Assembly: GCA_002633005.1 (NCBI GenBank)
Contig: NMRA01000162.1
Location: forward strand, 300,440-364,439
DNA length: 64,000 nucleotides
From: Phoronis australis
Lineage: Eukaryota; Animalia; Phoronida
Direction: 5' to 3'
The number at the start of each line of letters is the position of its first letter. Position 1 is the stretch's first letter. Made by a program: the position numbers and the translations under genes. The notes beneath the pieces are model-generated. The model was given only the letters and a program-made list of their open reading frames with translations. It ran no database searches and was not told the origin of the DNA. This document shows positions 12,815-25,779 of the stretch, in pieces.

Positions 12815-13877
12815 CTGCAACACAAAAATGTATTAACTAAGTTACCATACTGTAAGTCTGCGTGAATTTAAGTTAAAAGACCTTGTTAATAGGTGGTAAA
12901 ATTTCAGGCCAAAAAATCAAATCTGAATTACGAAGCCAACTTTTTATTTCCCTCACATTCTTTCAAGACCCACTGCATACATCATTAAAGTCAAATAAGC
13001 TGGACAGTAGCGATAATTAACCTGTTACACACTTAGGGTTAATTAGGAAAATATAATTCAAAATGAACAAACTTAAGATAAGTCCAGAAGCATTAAATTT
13101 TGAGGGTTAAAAGTGTTACATAGATTACAATTAAGTCTGGTAGGCACGCCATCTATTGGCTACATCTGCGATGTGGTTAACAGGTGGCGTGCCGACCAGA
13201 CTTTGTGATCTATATTTTCATGCCAGTTCAAGATTTACAATTATTTACATTACACGCAGTAAATAAACATGCATATTATGCAAGAAAACATAACAAAAAC
13301 AAATTTGCCAAGAATTGCTGCAAAATATATCAAAAAGATCATAATTATAGCAAAATGAATAAAATATATCAGATGATATTTAAGTGTACAATGTCTTGTG
13401 TTATTCATACAATACGGTGCAAATCTAGGACAATTATGTCATATTCGCGATGTCAAGAAATAATTTACGATTTATTTAATAAGTAATTACTTTCAGTTTA
13501 ACAACAAAGTGTTCTCGTAAGAAATACAAATTCAGAACAACCATCGTTTCACACAAAGCCAATTTGTACTACCATCAAGATTTGTATATCTATAAACAAA
13601 GAACTGGACACACTATGGAACAACGAAATCAGCTCACCTACATTAAGTGGACTTATCAAATTAATGTGCCACTGCAATGGCTGCCATTGACAAGGGAACA
13701 GCACGACAAAGGAAAATCAATTGTTTTTGAAATAAAAAATTTAAATAACTTTTATGACCCATTGTCAAAGTTCCACATGTGGAGCACCTGGAAAATCATG
13801 GTGTTTAAATACCCCACCATTTTAAACCCACACAATAATATTGAAAATTAACACAGTTGCTGTAAACATCACATTAC

Positions 13878-13935
13878 CAGCGTGATATGCCACCGAGCCT
13901 TTCACCCATCCTGGATGTTTGTTTTCCGGATATTT
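13878..13935 (-). CDS. SPRYD3: SPRYD3-like exon (58 nt)
   Basis: ttgcag acceptor, gtaatg donor; KYPENKHPGWVKGSVAYHA. Confidence 0.92.
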
Positions 13936-14360
13936 CTGCAACAAAAAAATCACAGCTTGAATAGAGAAAACCTTTGCTCCTCTGGTCACATGTTGCACAT
14001 TCTCTGTAAAATTACCAAACCAAAGCGTGATGCTCAAGAGCCAATCCTCATGAAAAGTTTATCTGACAAACAGAATGTTCATACAACATACTTGCTATGA
14101 TAATAACCTTACCACTAATCCCTCTTAATAGCAGTTTTTGAAATGACAAAAGTGAATTGATTGCATGAACAAACGTAAACAGCACAGAAAAGATTTCAGT
14201 ACTTACAGGTATCTAATGGATTAATCAGTATGACCTTAAACGTTTAATACTTCCATCTTCTGTCTCATGTCTGCCACTTGGGGAAGTCAAGGATTCAGGT
14301 GACGTTGGAAGACTCACAGTAGATGTGTGGTAGAAAGTGTACGTCTGTCGGTTAACTCAC

Positions 14361-14516
14361 CTTGTGAGCAACACCAATGGCAATGCAGCACTTCCTGCCC
14401 GGATGTACTATTTGGATTTCAAAGTAGTGACATCGACGACTTAACGGCACACTGGCCTGCGCTAGGCCGTGGTCTTTATCTTTGATCATGCTTCCCTGCC
14501 CACAGTACTCTAAATG
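14361..14516 (-). CDS. SPRYD3: SPRYD3-like exon (156 nt)
   Basis: ctacag acceptor, gtgagt donor; HLEYCGQGSMIKDKDHGLAQASVPLSRRCHYFEIQIVHPGRKCCIAIGVAHK. Confidence 0.92.
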
Positions 14517-14943
14517 CTGTAGCAAAAACAGACTGATGTAGGACAATTGGATGTCTCGATAATCATGCAAGAAGTTTAGACACGTATAGTAATTATCTTT
14601 CAACAATAACTTTGACAACAAAGGGTATTGACAAACAATCAGCAGTTGCATCAGCACCAACTAAATGTTACATTTTGGGCCAAGATCCAATGTCGAAAAC
14701 CTAAAATGAAATGCAAGCTGTCCAGCAAACAGCATAAGATTTTCTGGCCACACACAATAACTAAGCTAACAGCATCAAGATAAGAGTTGTTGAATAACGA
14801 ATCAAGATATTTGCTTTGCTTTTTCAAACTTTGGGTGGACTAGTCTACGCAAATTAGTGATAATAGCGGGTCCAATTTACAGTCCTCGAAATTCCTAAAA
14901 CTGCATCACGACCATTTTGTGTAATGTGCTCAAAAGAACCTAC

Positions 14944-15129
14944 CCCATCCTTGAGACGTATCTCACGCAGTCTGGCCCAGTCACTCAAAGTCGTCGGCAC
15001 CCTCGTGACATCCGTGTCAAGGCGAACAAACTCTGCTTCCAAGTCCACTCTGCATCGTTCCTTCTCACCGTGTAGTGATACAGCAGGAAATAGTCCGCCG
15101 AACGGAACTATCACCTCTGAATGGCCAAT
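14944..15129 (-). CDS. SPRYD3: SPRYD3-like exon (186 nt)
   Basis: ttgcag acceptor, gtaggt donor; IGHSEVIVPFGGLFPAVSLHGEKERCRVDL...DWARLREIRLKDG. Confidence 0.92.
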
Positions 15130-16383
15130 CTGCAATAAAACAGAACCAGTGATCTGATGGTGATTTGACAAACAGGCCCACACAATGGATCACTGATAGA
15201 AGAACTGATGTGTTGAGGAGCACCAATGTGAGAGTATAGAGAGCACACTAAGACTTCTAAACCAAGGACCTTTTTGGTGTGTCCAATTTCTGCAAAATCT
15301 GTAAGAAGCTAATATTGCCACGTATGCTAGCCTTATACTTTGACCCATGAGCCTATATTAGAAGCTGCACCTAAAATAAACTAATAGGCACATGCACCTT
15401 TTGAGTAAATGTAACACGCATAAAAGCGGTGCTTTGGATAAAGGTGCACCCTAATTGGTAAACCAAACCTTAAACATAGTTGGAAGTCCATACTCTGAAA
15501 TAATAGAATTTAGTGTCACAAATATTACACTTGAACTTCACATCAAATAAACTGCACATGTCAAAACTACAATTGTGTGACACATATTCATCTGCAGAAT
15601 ATGGCAAATATAACTTCATGTAAATCCCGCCCTTCGAAAAATCTCAATATTCACTTGAATGGTTTGCTTGTAACTCTGCCATTTACATTTGATATACCTA
15701 GCAATGAACTTGTGAAATAAAGCATTCATTTAACTCATTCACTGACATTCGGGTCACTACTACTTAAAATATGTCATTAGGCCAAAATCTCAGTGTACAA
15801 AATGGCAGAGGATTTGATTCGTTGTCTTTAGAGAAAGGCAAAACACAAAGCAAAACATAACCGCGTTATCATTTATATCACTCCCTAAATATCATTAGGG
15901 AATTTGATTTGGTACTTAGTACTTGTACAATCAGCAGGTATTCCCCCTTCTTTTTATTTATGTCAATTTCACAAATTAGAGAAAAAAGTTTCTATGGACC
16001 TTCACCACTGTTTGTGCATGCACCCCAATAAAAATTTTTAAAAATACTCTCAGTAATTTGGCGCTCAGAATGCATTGAAGATTCTTGCGAATGACACAGC
16101 CTCCCGTAATACAGTGTAGACCTACATATACGAGATATCAAAAGTCAGTTAACTCAACTTTAAGCACTTGTATTCATTTTTTCAGTTAGAAACTGTATTT
16201 TCACTAAATCAGATTTCCTGGGTGGTTTAAATCAAGGCAATGAAACATGCTTTTCCTTCAAAACTTTTTACGCATATTTTACACTACTGGTCTGGCTCAA
16301 ACATTAATCATGTGTCGCGAATATCAAATAAAAAGACAATATCTATAATGTTTGAAATATTTCAGTAATCATGTGAAGGTTAC

Positions 16384-16525
16384 CTCACTGCCATTTTTGG
16401 TGAAGAACACTTCTGCCTTGGATTCTTCGCTATTGTTGCTAACGAACCGAATGCCACAGCCCACTATGTCCTTATCGGTCAACTTGGGACCAAACCATTC
16501 GCCTGCCTTACCTTGTGTGTACGGT
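16384..16525 (-). CDS. SPRYD3: SPRYD3-like exon (142 nt)
   Basis: ttatag acceptor, gtaacc donor; PYTQGKAGEWFGPKLTDKDIVGCGIRF...VFFTKNGSE. Confidence 0.9.
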
Positions 16526-18310
16526 CTATAATAATATAAACAGTTATAATTTTAAATAAAATTAAAACAATAATCAAAATATGATAATTTATTGGGTAAA
16601 AAAATCCGTAAAACAAACAATCATGAGATTGCACATTACGCAGTAGAATGGAACTATAACAATTATGCAAGATGAATCATTATGAGAACAATTATACTAA
16701 ATAAATAGTTAAAATTATTATCAATTCCATATATTGTGGAAGACTTTGTTCAAAAGTCTAATGAAGGAAATTAGTGTACAGTGCAAAGCCAAAACTATTC
16801 ACAGGTGAAATGACTTGAAAATCCCCATCATGACGACTAGGCATCTTGAGAGTAGTCTCCCCTGATGACCGAAAATGAAGGGGAAATAACAAGAAAGTTA
16901 GAAAGGTGGCTAAACCATTCTGCAATTGACCTATCACCAGAATTTTGAGTGACAGATTAACTGACCAATCAGAATTATGCAGCATTCTTGACACACCTTC
17001 ATTTCCAATCAGCCATTTCCCTCTGACAAAAAACACGTTGCCAAGTGAAACTTATTGTTTGTCGACAATTCACAAGGGGGCGGAGCTTGCGATAGGTCAA
17101 TTCGAATTTTGCCTGTCTCCGTAATAGTTACCAGACTGAGTGTTTTATTGTTTTGTTAACAGATTAGGATGTCATGACTGGAAAGTGTATTTTGTCAGCT
17201 TACTTTAGTGTTGTAAAGTAGCAATTAAGTTGATACACTGGCATATCAATTATGTACACCAGTCTGTTGTATTATTTAACTTAAAGTTTGAATTTTATAG
17301 CTGTTTCACCAAGATTTTGTAGAGCAAAACTGTAAGATTCATTGAAGACTGCACGTAGCTAATATGGTGGCAAGAGATTAGTGCTAGTGGCCATGGTACC
17401 AGTAGTATCAATAGACCCTGACTTTCCCAGCGATAACGGAAAATGGAAAGAGTCTAACTTTTTTCACAAATGCCTGAAGCAGATACCATAATTTTTTTGC
17501 AAATTTTGGTGTTTGATTACCAAAAAACAAATAAATTTATTACATTCATCAAATCAAATAATTCCAGCCAAAACATAAGATAGAACAACCATAATTTTGC
17601 AGGTGTCACACAATTCTTTTCCCAGTTTTGAGAATCACAAACAGCACAAAAAGAAATTTGTCATCTAATTCATTGGTAAAATGGAGTTGCGGCATAATTC
17701 ATGAGAAAACTTATTGAGACAAAAGGCAGTTATTTACTTAGTACTATCATTTTGAAAATTAGAATTTTATCTGTCATAAGACAAATTCCTCTGTTTTGAG
17801 AACAGAAAACCAGGGTCTCTACATCACATGTTGACAAAAATCCCAATTCGTGAGCCGTGCAGAAAATTACACTTTCCTAGAAAAAAACAAGATTAATGAT
17901 GCAGCAATTAGTTCACGTCGAAAACAATTTCTGATAATATGATTTAGCACCTATATCTAGCCTAATCATGGAAACTATATTTTAATTATTAAACTTTTCA
18001 TAAAACACTGAAGGCAACATGTGGCCAAGTATTAAAAAATTCAGTATTTGTTCTACCTGTACCAACTTGAGATTCATCCAATGTCACCATTTAAACTGTT
18101 GGCATGGCAATATCAATAGTAGGGGTAAAAGTCACTTATAGTTACAAGGGGGCCATAATTTGAAAATCTTCTTCACTGAATACTGCTTCTCAAAGTGCAG
18201 CACCCCTGTAAATAAAGGGATAGCTAAACCCTGGAAGCTCACTCTCATGAACAAAATAGTGGCTCAGCGGTTTGTTGTTAAGCAGGTGAAAATCACTTGT
18301 GACACCTTAC

Positions 18311-18398
18311 CTGCCTTTATCGCCATGGTATCCAATAGAATGTCCTTCATGACCTGGGGGTGTGTTGAGTGGATGTGATATTGGCACTAAGCCAAGGA
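18311..18398 (-). CDS. SPRYD3: SPRYD3-like exon (88 nt)
   Basis: ttgtag acceptor, gtaagg donor; VLGLVPISHPLNTPPGHEGHSIGYHGDKG. Confidence 0.9.
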
Positions 18399-19242
18399 CT
18401 ACAACAATGAATCTTAAGATCAGGGTGAACACGGAATTCAGGAAACACAGTAAACAAAATAATGATATCTCTTCCTATAATTGACAAAATAACTTGTGAT
18501 GTTACACGTTTGCAATGATATCGTATATTTACTTTGACCGAGTTGTTTTATATATAAATTAGTAAATCAGTGAACAATGTGAAATAGCCGTGATGCAAAT
18601 TCACAGACTTCGAGAACTATAAACTGGACAATGATATCAGGAAGAGATCTTCATGCCGATATCGAATTGACTAGTATTACCCATTCACATTATTTGGGCT
18701 ATTGTCTTCATAATGAAAATGAATATCTTGCCTCATTACGTAACTCTTATCTCACGCCATCAGCTTAATGTGAAAACACATGCTCCCTGCCACAAAAAGA
18801 TATATGCCTAGGAATTTCGACTAAACTGAGTGGGCATGTTGGCTACTTGGGAAGATCTATCATGACAATAAAAATAGCAGCGTGTCTCGTTGAAGATGGC
18901 GACTCATCAATATAAAGAGCTTTCATGATTCTGCACTCATTTTTGTGCATAATCTCACTTACAGTGTATCATAAATACTTCAATAGTTGACTGACCAAAA
19001 CATTGCACCTGAAATGTATGGATGGTTTGAGAAACACAAAAATGAACGAAAAGAAAGGAACCTTTCAGAAGAATTAAAATTACTAAATATCTGGGAACAC
19101 ATAAACAGATACCTTCATTCAGGGGAGATAATAAAATCAAAATAGACTTTGTTTACTTTTCCAAGTTTTATAAAAAAGAACACTGTCTAGGAAGTTGGAA
19201 AAGTCTGGGAATGAGCCAGAATAAAACCACACTCAGTCATAC

Positions 19243-19355
19243 CCATTTTACTCTCCTCGGCAGTTTGCAAGATGAGAACCTCGAAGTATGGAAACTTCTC
19301 AGACATGGCTTTTCCGTACACCCAGACACCTATGTCCCCAGCTTCATCAGAGTAT
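19243..19355 (-). CDS. SPRYD3: SPRYD3-like exon (113 nt)
   Basis: ttttag acceptor, gtatga donor; YSDEAGDIGVWVYGKAMSEKFPYFEVLILQTAEESKM. Confidence 0.88.
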
Positions 19356-20262
19356 CTAAAATTACAAAAATTTAAAGCCGTAACCAATGAAAACCATTTA
19401 TGCCAACATAAAACTTCTTTAATGTTGAATCCAGTTAGGCCAGCAATTATCTGTAGATTGTGTAAAAAAGAATTTTTGTTCACAGACCGTGAACAATTGT
19501 TGCAAATTAACGGAGTCTAAAATTAAGAAAATAAAGTTTTCATGACCTTGAGTTACAAAACCATGATTGTGGTGAACTCTGTCTTCTGACAAGTTTCCCA
19601 GTGACTCGAGAGACTGACAGGAAGTTTTATGATAAGTTTGCAGCAAATAGTCGACATTCATCTTACAGCAGCAACTAAAACTATAATGTTGAAATGTTTA
19701 CTGCAGAATAAGTATATCAACATTCAATAATTTTAGCACCAAAATTGACAAGAACATTGCTGACACAGCATTTTGTACAGTACAGTACAAGACAATTGCT
19801 AATTGCAATTATCACAATGACGGCTAATTGTATTAACAGCAACAAAGTCAGGTAATAGATATTAGGGGGCAAAATTCTAATTACAGAATGGCTAAGAGCC
19901 ACCTTAATAAATTCCTGCTAATTTATTTTCATTCTTGGTTGTGAGGGAAGGCTACTCTGACGTGAGAGAATTCTGGGTCATTTTGTCTGACTACTTTTGG
20001 CTTGTACTGTAGCAAAGGATTGTGACAGTACACCATGGGTAGCAGACTAACAATTATGGTACTTATTCTGTATTAAATGTGAGGACCTAAACAAATAACA
20101 CAATAGAGGCTATACTAAGCACAAGGTATTTCTCAAGCAAATCTACTCCAACTGACTTAACACGCTTATTTATCTGTTGTTTAAAACTATGACACAGATA
20201 TTAGGGAACACTATTCCCTGTGAGCCCAGCATATGTGTATGTTCACACAGCAGATAAACCAA

Positions 20263-20270
20263 TATATAAA
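20263..20270 (+). promoter_or_regulatory. TATA box of the nested pacifastin-like gene
   Basis: TATATAAA about 60 nt upstream of the ATG at 20326. Confidence 0.55.
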
Positions 20271-20325
20271 TAATGCCATTGCTATTAACACTGATGCATT
20301 ATAATTTGGCAAACACCATAAAGAA

Positions 20326-20482
20326 ATGCATCACCTAAAAGGTTCAACAATCGCTAAAGCAATGATTTTGCTAATGGCAACCTTGACATTGATTGCTACG
20401 GTGACAGCCTATACTGAAATCCCATGTGATTCGCCAGGAAAGACGTTCTTTGATGGATGTAATCATTGCAGGTGTTCGACAG
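20326..20482 (+). CDS. Nested secreted pacifastin-like protease inhibitor, exon 1 (signal peptide plus N-half of the pacifastin domain)
   Basis: MHHLKGSTIAKAMILLMATLTLIATVTA-YTEIPCDSPGKTFFDGCNHCRCST; hydrophobic signal ending VTA; cag|gtaaca donor, phase 1. Confidence 0.85.
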
Positions 20483-21034
20483 GTAACACATTCTCTTAAC
20501 TTGCTTTCGCACTATAGACTTTTACGTTGGACTAGTTTGCAATCGGAATGTATTTTAGATCTGATTATTCAGCGTGATAACCAACCGTCACAAACAGTCA
20601 CCTTTTCACATGATCAGACTAACTTTAAAGCTTCAAGGACTAAAACCTGAGATGTCGCTACTTTGCTGTGATTTGAAACACTGACTCACTCCAGATGCTG
20701 ACCACAACCTCAGCTTAATTAGCTCTGACAACCATGCAGTTACCACTAATTCTTATTATTAAATCTCTTGCTTTCAGACTTAAAAGCTGAATAATAAACA
20801 GCTGATATGACATACATGGACAAAAGAACTCCGAAGTGTACAAATTTTAGTACTGTCCTAAATATAGGCCGACCTAAATCACCTTTTCTATTAGGTCTAA
20901 AATTCTTGTGGCCACGGCTCCAAATCCATAGTGCGAAAATTCCTTTAGATGATCAAATTGCTTACATGATGGCCAAGCACAGTCTTTTGTCTGGTATGAC
21001 AACAGCTAGGCAGGCCAATTATCTAGCAGGCTTA

Positions 21035-21359
21035 CAGACCACGTCTGAACATAGTCAAACCCAGAGCAAATTGATACGTTCGGAAAGAATAGATTGTCGT
21101 AATTTCGGTTGTAGCTGGGCAATTTTGGCGATTCAAAAACTAAACATGATCAGCATTTGACGAGGAATTCAGAAATGCTATTGGTTTAGTATTCAAATAA
21201 CCTAACTTTTACATTTAACAACACAGCCCAGACAGGCAAGATACAATCTTATTGGCGCAATTACTGAACAAAAGAGAGCTGTCGTGTAAGATATTGGCTA
21301 CACGGGTCATCTTCCCAACTTTGTTGGGTTATAGAATCGAACAAGTTGGGAGCAACGGG
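21035..21359. repeat. Interspersed repeat with terminal hairpin (inverted copy at 48571-48944)
   Basis: The reverse complement aligns by eye over ~330 bp with 48571-48944; contains the stem cccaactt(t)gtt...aacaagttggg. Confidence 0.75.
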
Positions 21360-21515
21360 AAAATGCCGTAATGTAATTAACAGAGTACAATATGAACTTG
21401 GTGATATTCTGATAATGGTGTGTGATTAAAGGTCATCAGTCACTGTGGTCAAAGGTCATACTGATTCGTCTGGGTGCAAATCTTGCCTATGTCTAATTTT
21501 CTACTTCTACAACAG

Positions 21516-21656
21516 AGGGCATTGTCAGAGGCTGTACCAAGAAGGCTTGTCCAAACTTGACACCATGCGTTGCCCACAAGAGAGGAGACCAGTGGAAGAC
21601 AGAGGATGGTAAGAGCTGTGTGTGCTCTCCATCCGGATACGTCATGTGCCAGACAG
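21516..21656 (+). CDS. Nested pacifastin-like gene, exon 2
   Basis: ctaat branch point, pyrimidine tract, caacag acceptor, gttagt donor; (E)GIVRGCTKKACPNLTPCVAHKRGDQWKTEDGKSCVCSPSGYVMCQT completes the 6-Cys pacifastin motif in frame. Confidence 0.85.
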
Positions 21657-23790
21657 GTTAGTATGAAATGAATACAAAACGTCAAGGGGAAACATAAGTC
21701 AAGCCAGTGGGCCCCTCCTGAAATAGCACAGCACCACTTTCAGTTTAAGGTATTTACCCACAATGCAACACATGAAAATGTACAAAGCCAAATTATCTCA
21801 TTATCTTCACCAATAAGCAATTCAGATTGCAATGCAGTGAATTATAAGTTGCAATGCTGACATCAAGAATTTGGCAAAAAGGGGAACCAGTTGGATTTGT
21901 TTAACTACGTAGTTCATCAACTTAGGGGTGTTTGACGATTTGAAAAGTAGGTCAGTCACGCAATGTAGTTTTCTGTCTTCACTAAAGAGGAGACTTTGAC
22001 TGAGGACGAGCCTTGTGAAAGAAACTCAAAATGAAATGTCATTGTTAAGGGATTGAATTGGCATGATAATCACCCTAAACATAATTTCAGTCAGTTTCTA
22101 TAATATTCTACAAAGGTCTATTTTAGGCTATTCACGTTATGCACAGTTGTTCGGATATGGCTCTGCACACATGGTTGGTCATGTACACGATGTCAATGGT
22201 ACAGGAAACATTTTAAGTAATGAAATTCATAGGGTTATTTTTGTAAGGTTGTTCTCATGGTTCCTTAGTTGTACCAACTTTATAAAAGGGTGTGCTTCAT
22301 CATATGGACTCCCTAAAAGAGTGATTTAGAACATTGTGATTGACAAGTCAAGTTTTAGTTTTTAAGTTTTCAATAAAAATACCTTGTCAATGCTTATCAT
22401 TTTTAAGTTATAATTCACAGCTGCCACCAATTTTTTTGAAAAATTATGGGTATTCACAGCTTGCAGAAGCCTTTGAAAAAATTAGAAAAAGAAACATCAA
22501 TTTTTTTAGCAATTAATTATTTTGGTCCAAAATTGGTGAGAATTAAATGAGGCCTGGAACGCAAAAAAAAAACTAAATGGCATAATTCAAAGTGGTTTTC
22601 TGCCACTGTAACAGAAATCAGTGTGTTCAACAAATGTTTTTACATTTTTCCTCACAGTGATTTTGAATTTCTGTTGATGTCAAAGCACTAATCTTTTAGT
22701 TTCAAATTTCAAAAAAAAAACCATTTGTCAGCTGCTTGTCACTTCATTGATTTTTTGGCCACAAAGAAAAGCACGTCTCATTACTTGGTATGGCAAGACA
22801 TAGACGTGGCACATTTCCCTTGTATGGAGAATGTGACCTAACTTGTCTTTGACATTTAATGTAAGCAAAACAATGGCGACTTCACTGAAGCAGCAGACCA
22901 ATTACGAGGAAATTGATGTTTAAAATTAGTTACACAGGAACCGTAGAATTCAAATATATTGTAAAATGCACTTGGAATTCTCTTTGGGAAATCTCTTGCT
23001 TCACTGATACTGTGGTGTAGACCTCAGATTCGGAGTATGATCAAACATGTCGTTAATATCGTTATTGTCAGTCAGCTGTTTGTCAAACGACAGTTTTTTC
23101 AAAAATCCTGAATTTTGTATTTTGTGGAATTACCCTTACAGAGGAAAGTGAATATCTCTTGAACATACATTGGGTGATGGTACTTTCTTCAGGATTTGTT
23201 TGAAAATTATTGATGAACTTTGGCGTTCCATGCCTCTTCAAATTATCCAAATTTTTCACCCCGTTAAAAATAGTGGAGTATCCTCATCATTTTAGCTTTC
23301 TAAATCACTGTAAACGTTTGGTTTAATGCCCGTGGCAGTTAAATTGACAAACACAAAAATTCAGGGTGGGAGGTTAATAAGACATAGGCGCTTAAATGTG
23401 AAATTTCAAGAAATCGAGGGTGGGCTGAACTGAACCTGGGCGCTTGTTACGACAGACAACCACCTTGCCATGGTTAATCGTACGTCATGATCTGAGTCCC
23501 CACAAGTACTCGGAATGCTTAGCACTTTTCAAAGAGCTTTATCGTCACATCGCCAAATGATGATAAAATTGTCATAATAGTGGACGATCCCAACAAAAGT
23601 TTTGTTGCCCTCAGATTAGTCACTCACTAAAAATATTACAAAACTACTGTGTAATAGCCCCGTGTAGCTTTGTTAAAGCTGTAGTGCGCAGACGACCAGC
23701 GGCGGGCATGCAGCACTCCACTTGGATTGCAACTATTCTCAGACAGTGCAAAAGTGCATGTGTGCAAGCTCAGATGAACTCCTGGCTCCC

Positions 23791-23920
23791 GTTCAGTAAC
23801 GCTAGGACCTCGCTAAAAAGCAAGACTTCGCGAGATATTGCCGTGTATTTTAAATAAGAACACGTGACTTTGATTAGATTTTAGCTAGGTCCTAGCGTAG
23901 GTCCTAGCGTTTACTGAACA
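23791..23920. mobile_element. Small MITE / foldback
   Basis: Inverted termini gttcagtaacgctaggacct ... aggtcctagcgtttactgaac. Confidence 0.6.
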
Positions 23921-23982
23921 CACGCCTGCTGTTATTCCTAAAGTTACTTAAAACCTAAGGCACAATTCTAATCTATTTTCAG

Positions 23983-23996
23983 ATGAAGTACACTGA
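23983..23996 (+). CDS. Nested pacifastin-like gene, probable last exon (DEVH-stop)
   Basis: ctaat branch point and attttcag acceptor, phase 1, TGA at 23994-23996, AATAAA at 24063-24068. Confidence 0.6.
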
Positions 23997-25110
23997 AGAT
24001 ATACCAGAAATACATGGATTTGAATTGAGCAATTCAATAATACTGGGAAATGTTTTAACTTGAATAAATATCTTTTGACCAGAGAACTAATTCAATAAGT
24101 TAGCCAGTATTCAGTTCTTCTGGTGTGCGGTCTAAAGATATACCCTGGCGTTTCCAACAAGTATGCTTCGATGCAAGAGAAGCAAATGGTTTTAAATTCC
24201 CGTTACCATTCTGGACCCCGGGACCCTGACCAGTTCCCAACCAACAAACACCAACATCGCGATATAAATTCTCAGGTCAGCAAGAATTTGTGGTGATAAT
24301 AATTAAAATTCCATGAGACAAATATTATCATTCCATTCTGCTCAGTGTCTGAAACCCAGCGTCCATTCCGTAAGTTGGGGTAGGTTACTGGGGAGTGGCT
24401 ACGTAACAGCAGTTTGTTTACGTTAACAGCTTCGCGTTTGATTTACTGCAGTGATGTGTCATCTGGCTGTCTATGAGTGGAATGTGCCTGAGCTTGTTGC
24501 ATTTTTCTCATTCAATTTTGAAACTTAATTATGAATTGTCTTATGTCGACCACAACGGTATGTTTTTGGTCAAAATTGACTCACATTTGCCAAAGATATG
24601 CCTACATATCCATAAATAGTTCCATTAAAAAACAACACTGTCTGTGACCTGGCATACAGATGGTGTCATCATCCTAAGTCGAGTTACCAGTTGTGTAAAC
24701 AGACTGGACACTAGTATCCTAATAAAACTGCCCCTGTGAAATGAGTTCAGACCCTGAGCGAAATGTCAGTATATGTTTCACTCTAAAAATCCATCACTGC
24801 CCATCTCTCTACTCCCATAAATCAGAATCAGGACAAAATACATTTATCACATTGTACCCCTACATGTCTTTTATTACTTTGCAAAACTTGAGCAAGTCCA
24901 GCAAGAAGTTCTGAAGATATCAGGCCGTGCTCTTATCGTCGTGGAATGAGTTTGGATTTTTCAGTCTATCTCATATGTATCCTGTTGTGCATGAACTTAT
25001 AGAAGAAAAGTCACTTTTGTAGCAAAACAGGAAATTCTTGGATGCATGCAGTCTTGCACCGTATCATTGTGCTCATTCCAAAGCTTCACATACAGGCCCG
25101 CTTAGATTTC

Positions 25111-25186
25111 TGTCCTGGCCAGAGTAGGTCAAACCCGGGACTTTATTCTGCAATCTACTAGCTCAAGTCCACTAAGCCATCAGGAC
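25111..25186 (-). pseudogene. Degenerate tRNA-like sequence (tRNA pseudogene or SINE head)
   Basis: Minus strand: gtcctg...caggac acceptor-like stem, A-box-like tggcttagtgg, B-box-like ggtttgacc, central ttgcaga; the anticodon arm does not pair. Confidence 0.35.
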
Positions 25187-25538
25187 CATGTAGTTGAACA
25201 TAGACATCTAATGACTCTGCAGTGTACATGCTCTATACACTGTAATGCAGAGTTTGTGATGATTATATTTGAAAATATCCGACAACATGAACTTGAAGTC
25301 CTTCAAAAATCAAGTAGTAATTGCATGATTTTTGTGCAACCGTCTGCTTACACATATAGTGTGGTAATTGTCGCTTGCCCGAATTTTGCGAACCTGAGTT
25401 TTTCTTCACCAATTGGCATCAAACTGGTTCTCAACATATGAGCATGTTATATCTGACTGTATTGCCAAAGAGTCACAGTTATAGTCCATTTAAGGCCCCA
25501 ATTTCTTCAGGAATAACTTGTCAACTGCTGACACTTAC

Positions 25539-25642
25539 AACAAATCATTGCCCTTCATTTTTATGCCACGGGATCGCACATCTTTTGGGGCAGCCACCTT
25601 CTCTTTGTCACCAAGTATACGCCGGATGATACGAATCGGGGG
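25539..25642 (-). CDS. SPRYD3: SPRYD3-like exon (104 nt), the most 5' exon confidently placed
   Basis: gtttttcgttttag acceptor, gtaagt donor; PPIRIIRRILGDKEKVAAPKDVRSRGIKMKGNDL, phase 2 out joins 19355 in frame; the ten exons sum to 1293 nt (431 codons). Confidence 0.75.
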
Positions 25643-25779
25643 CTAAAACGAAAAACTAAATTGCTTAAAATAAATAAGCAAAGCACCGACAATGAAGATG
25701 ACAGCAAGATCCAAGAAGAAACAGCATAATCTTCCCATGCAATTGTCAGTATATTACGGAAAGAGGCGCAGTGTGGCTT

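Noticed and set aside
19419-19661. ORF MNVDYLLQ... as the SPRYD3 N-terminus
   Set aside because: No convincing phase-2 donor; exon 25539-25642 fits better in splice sites, phase and sequence.
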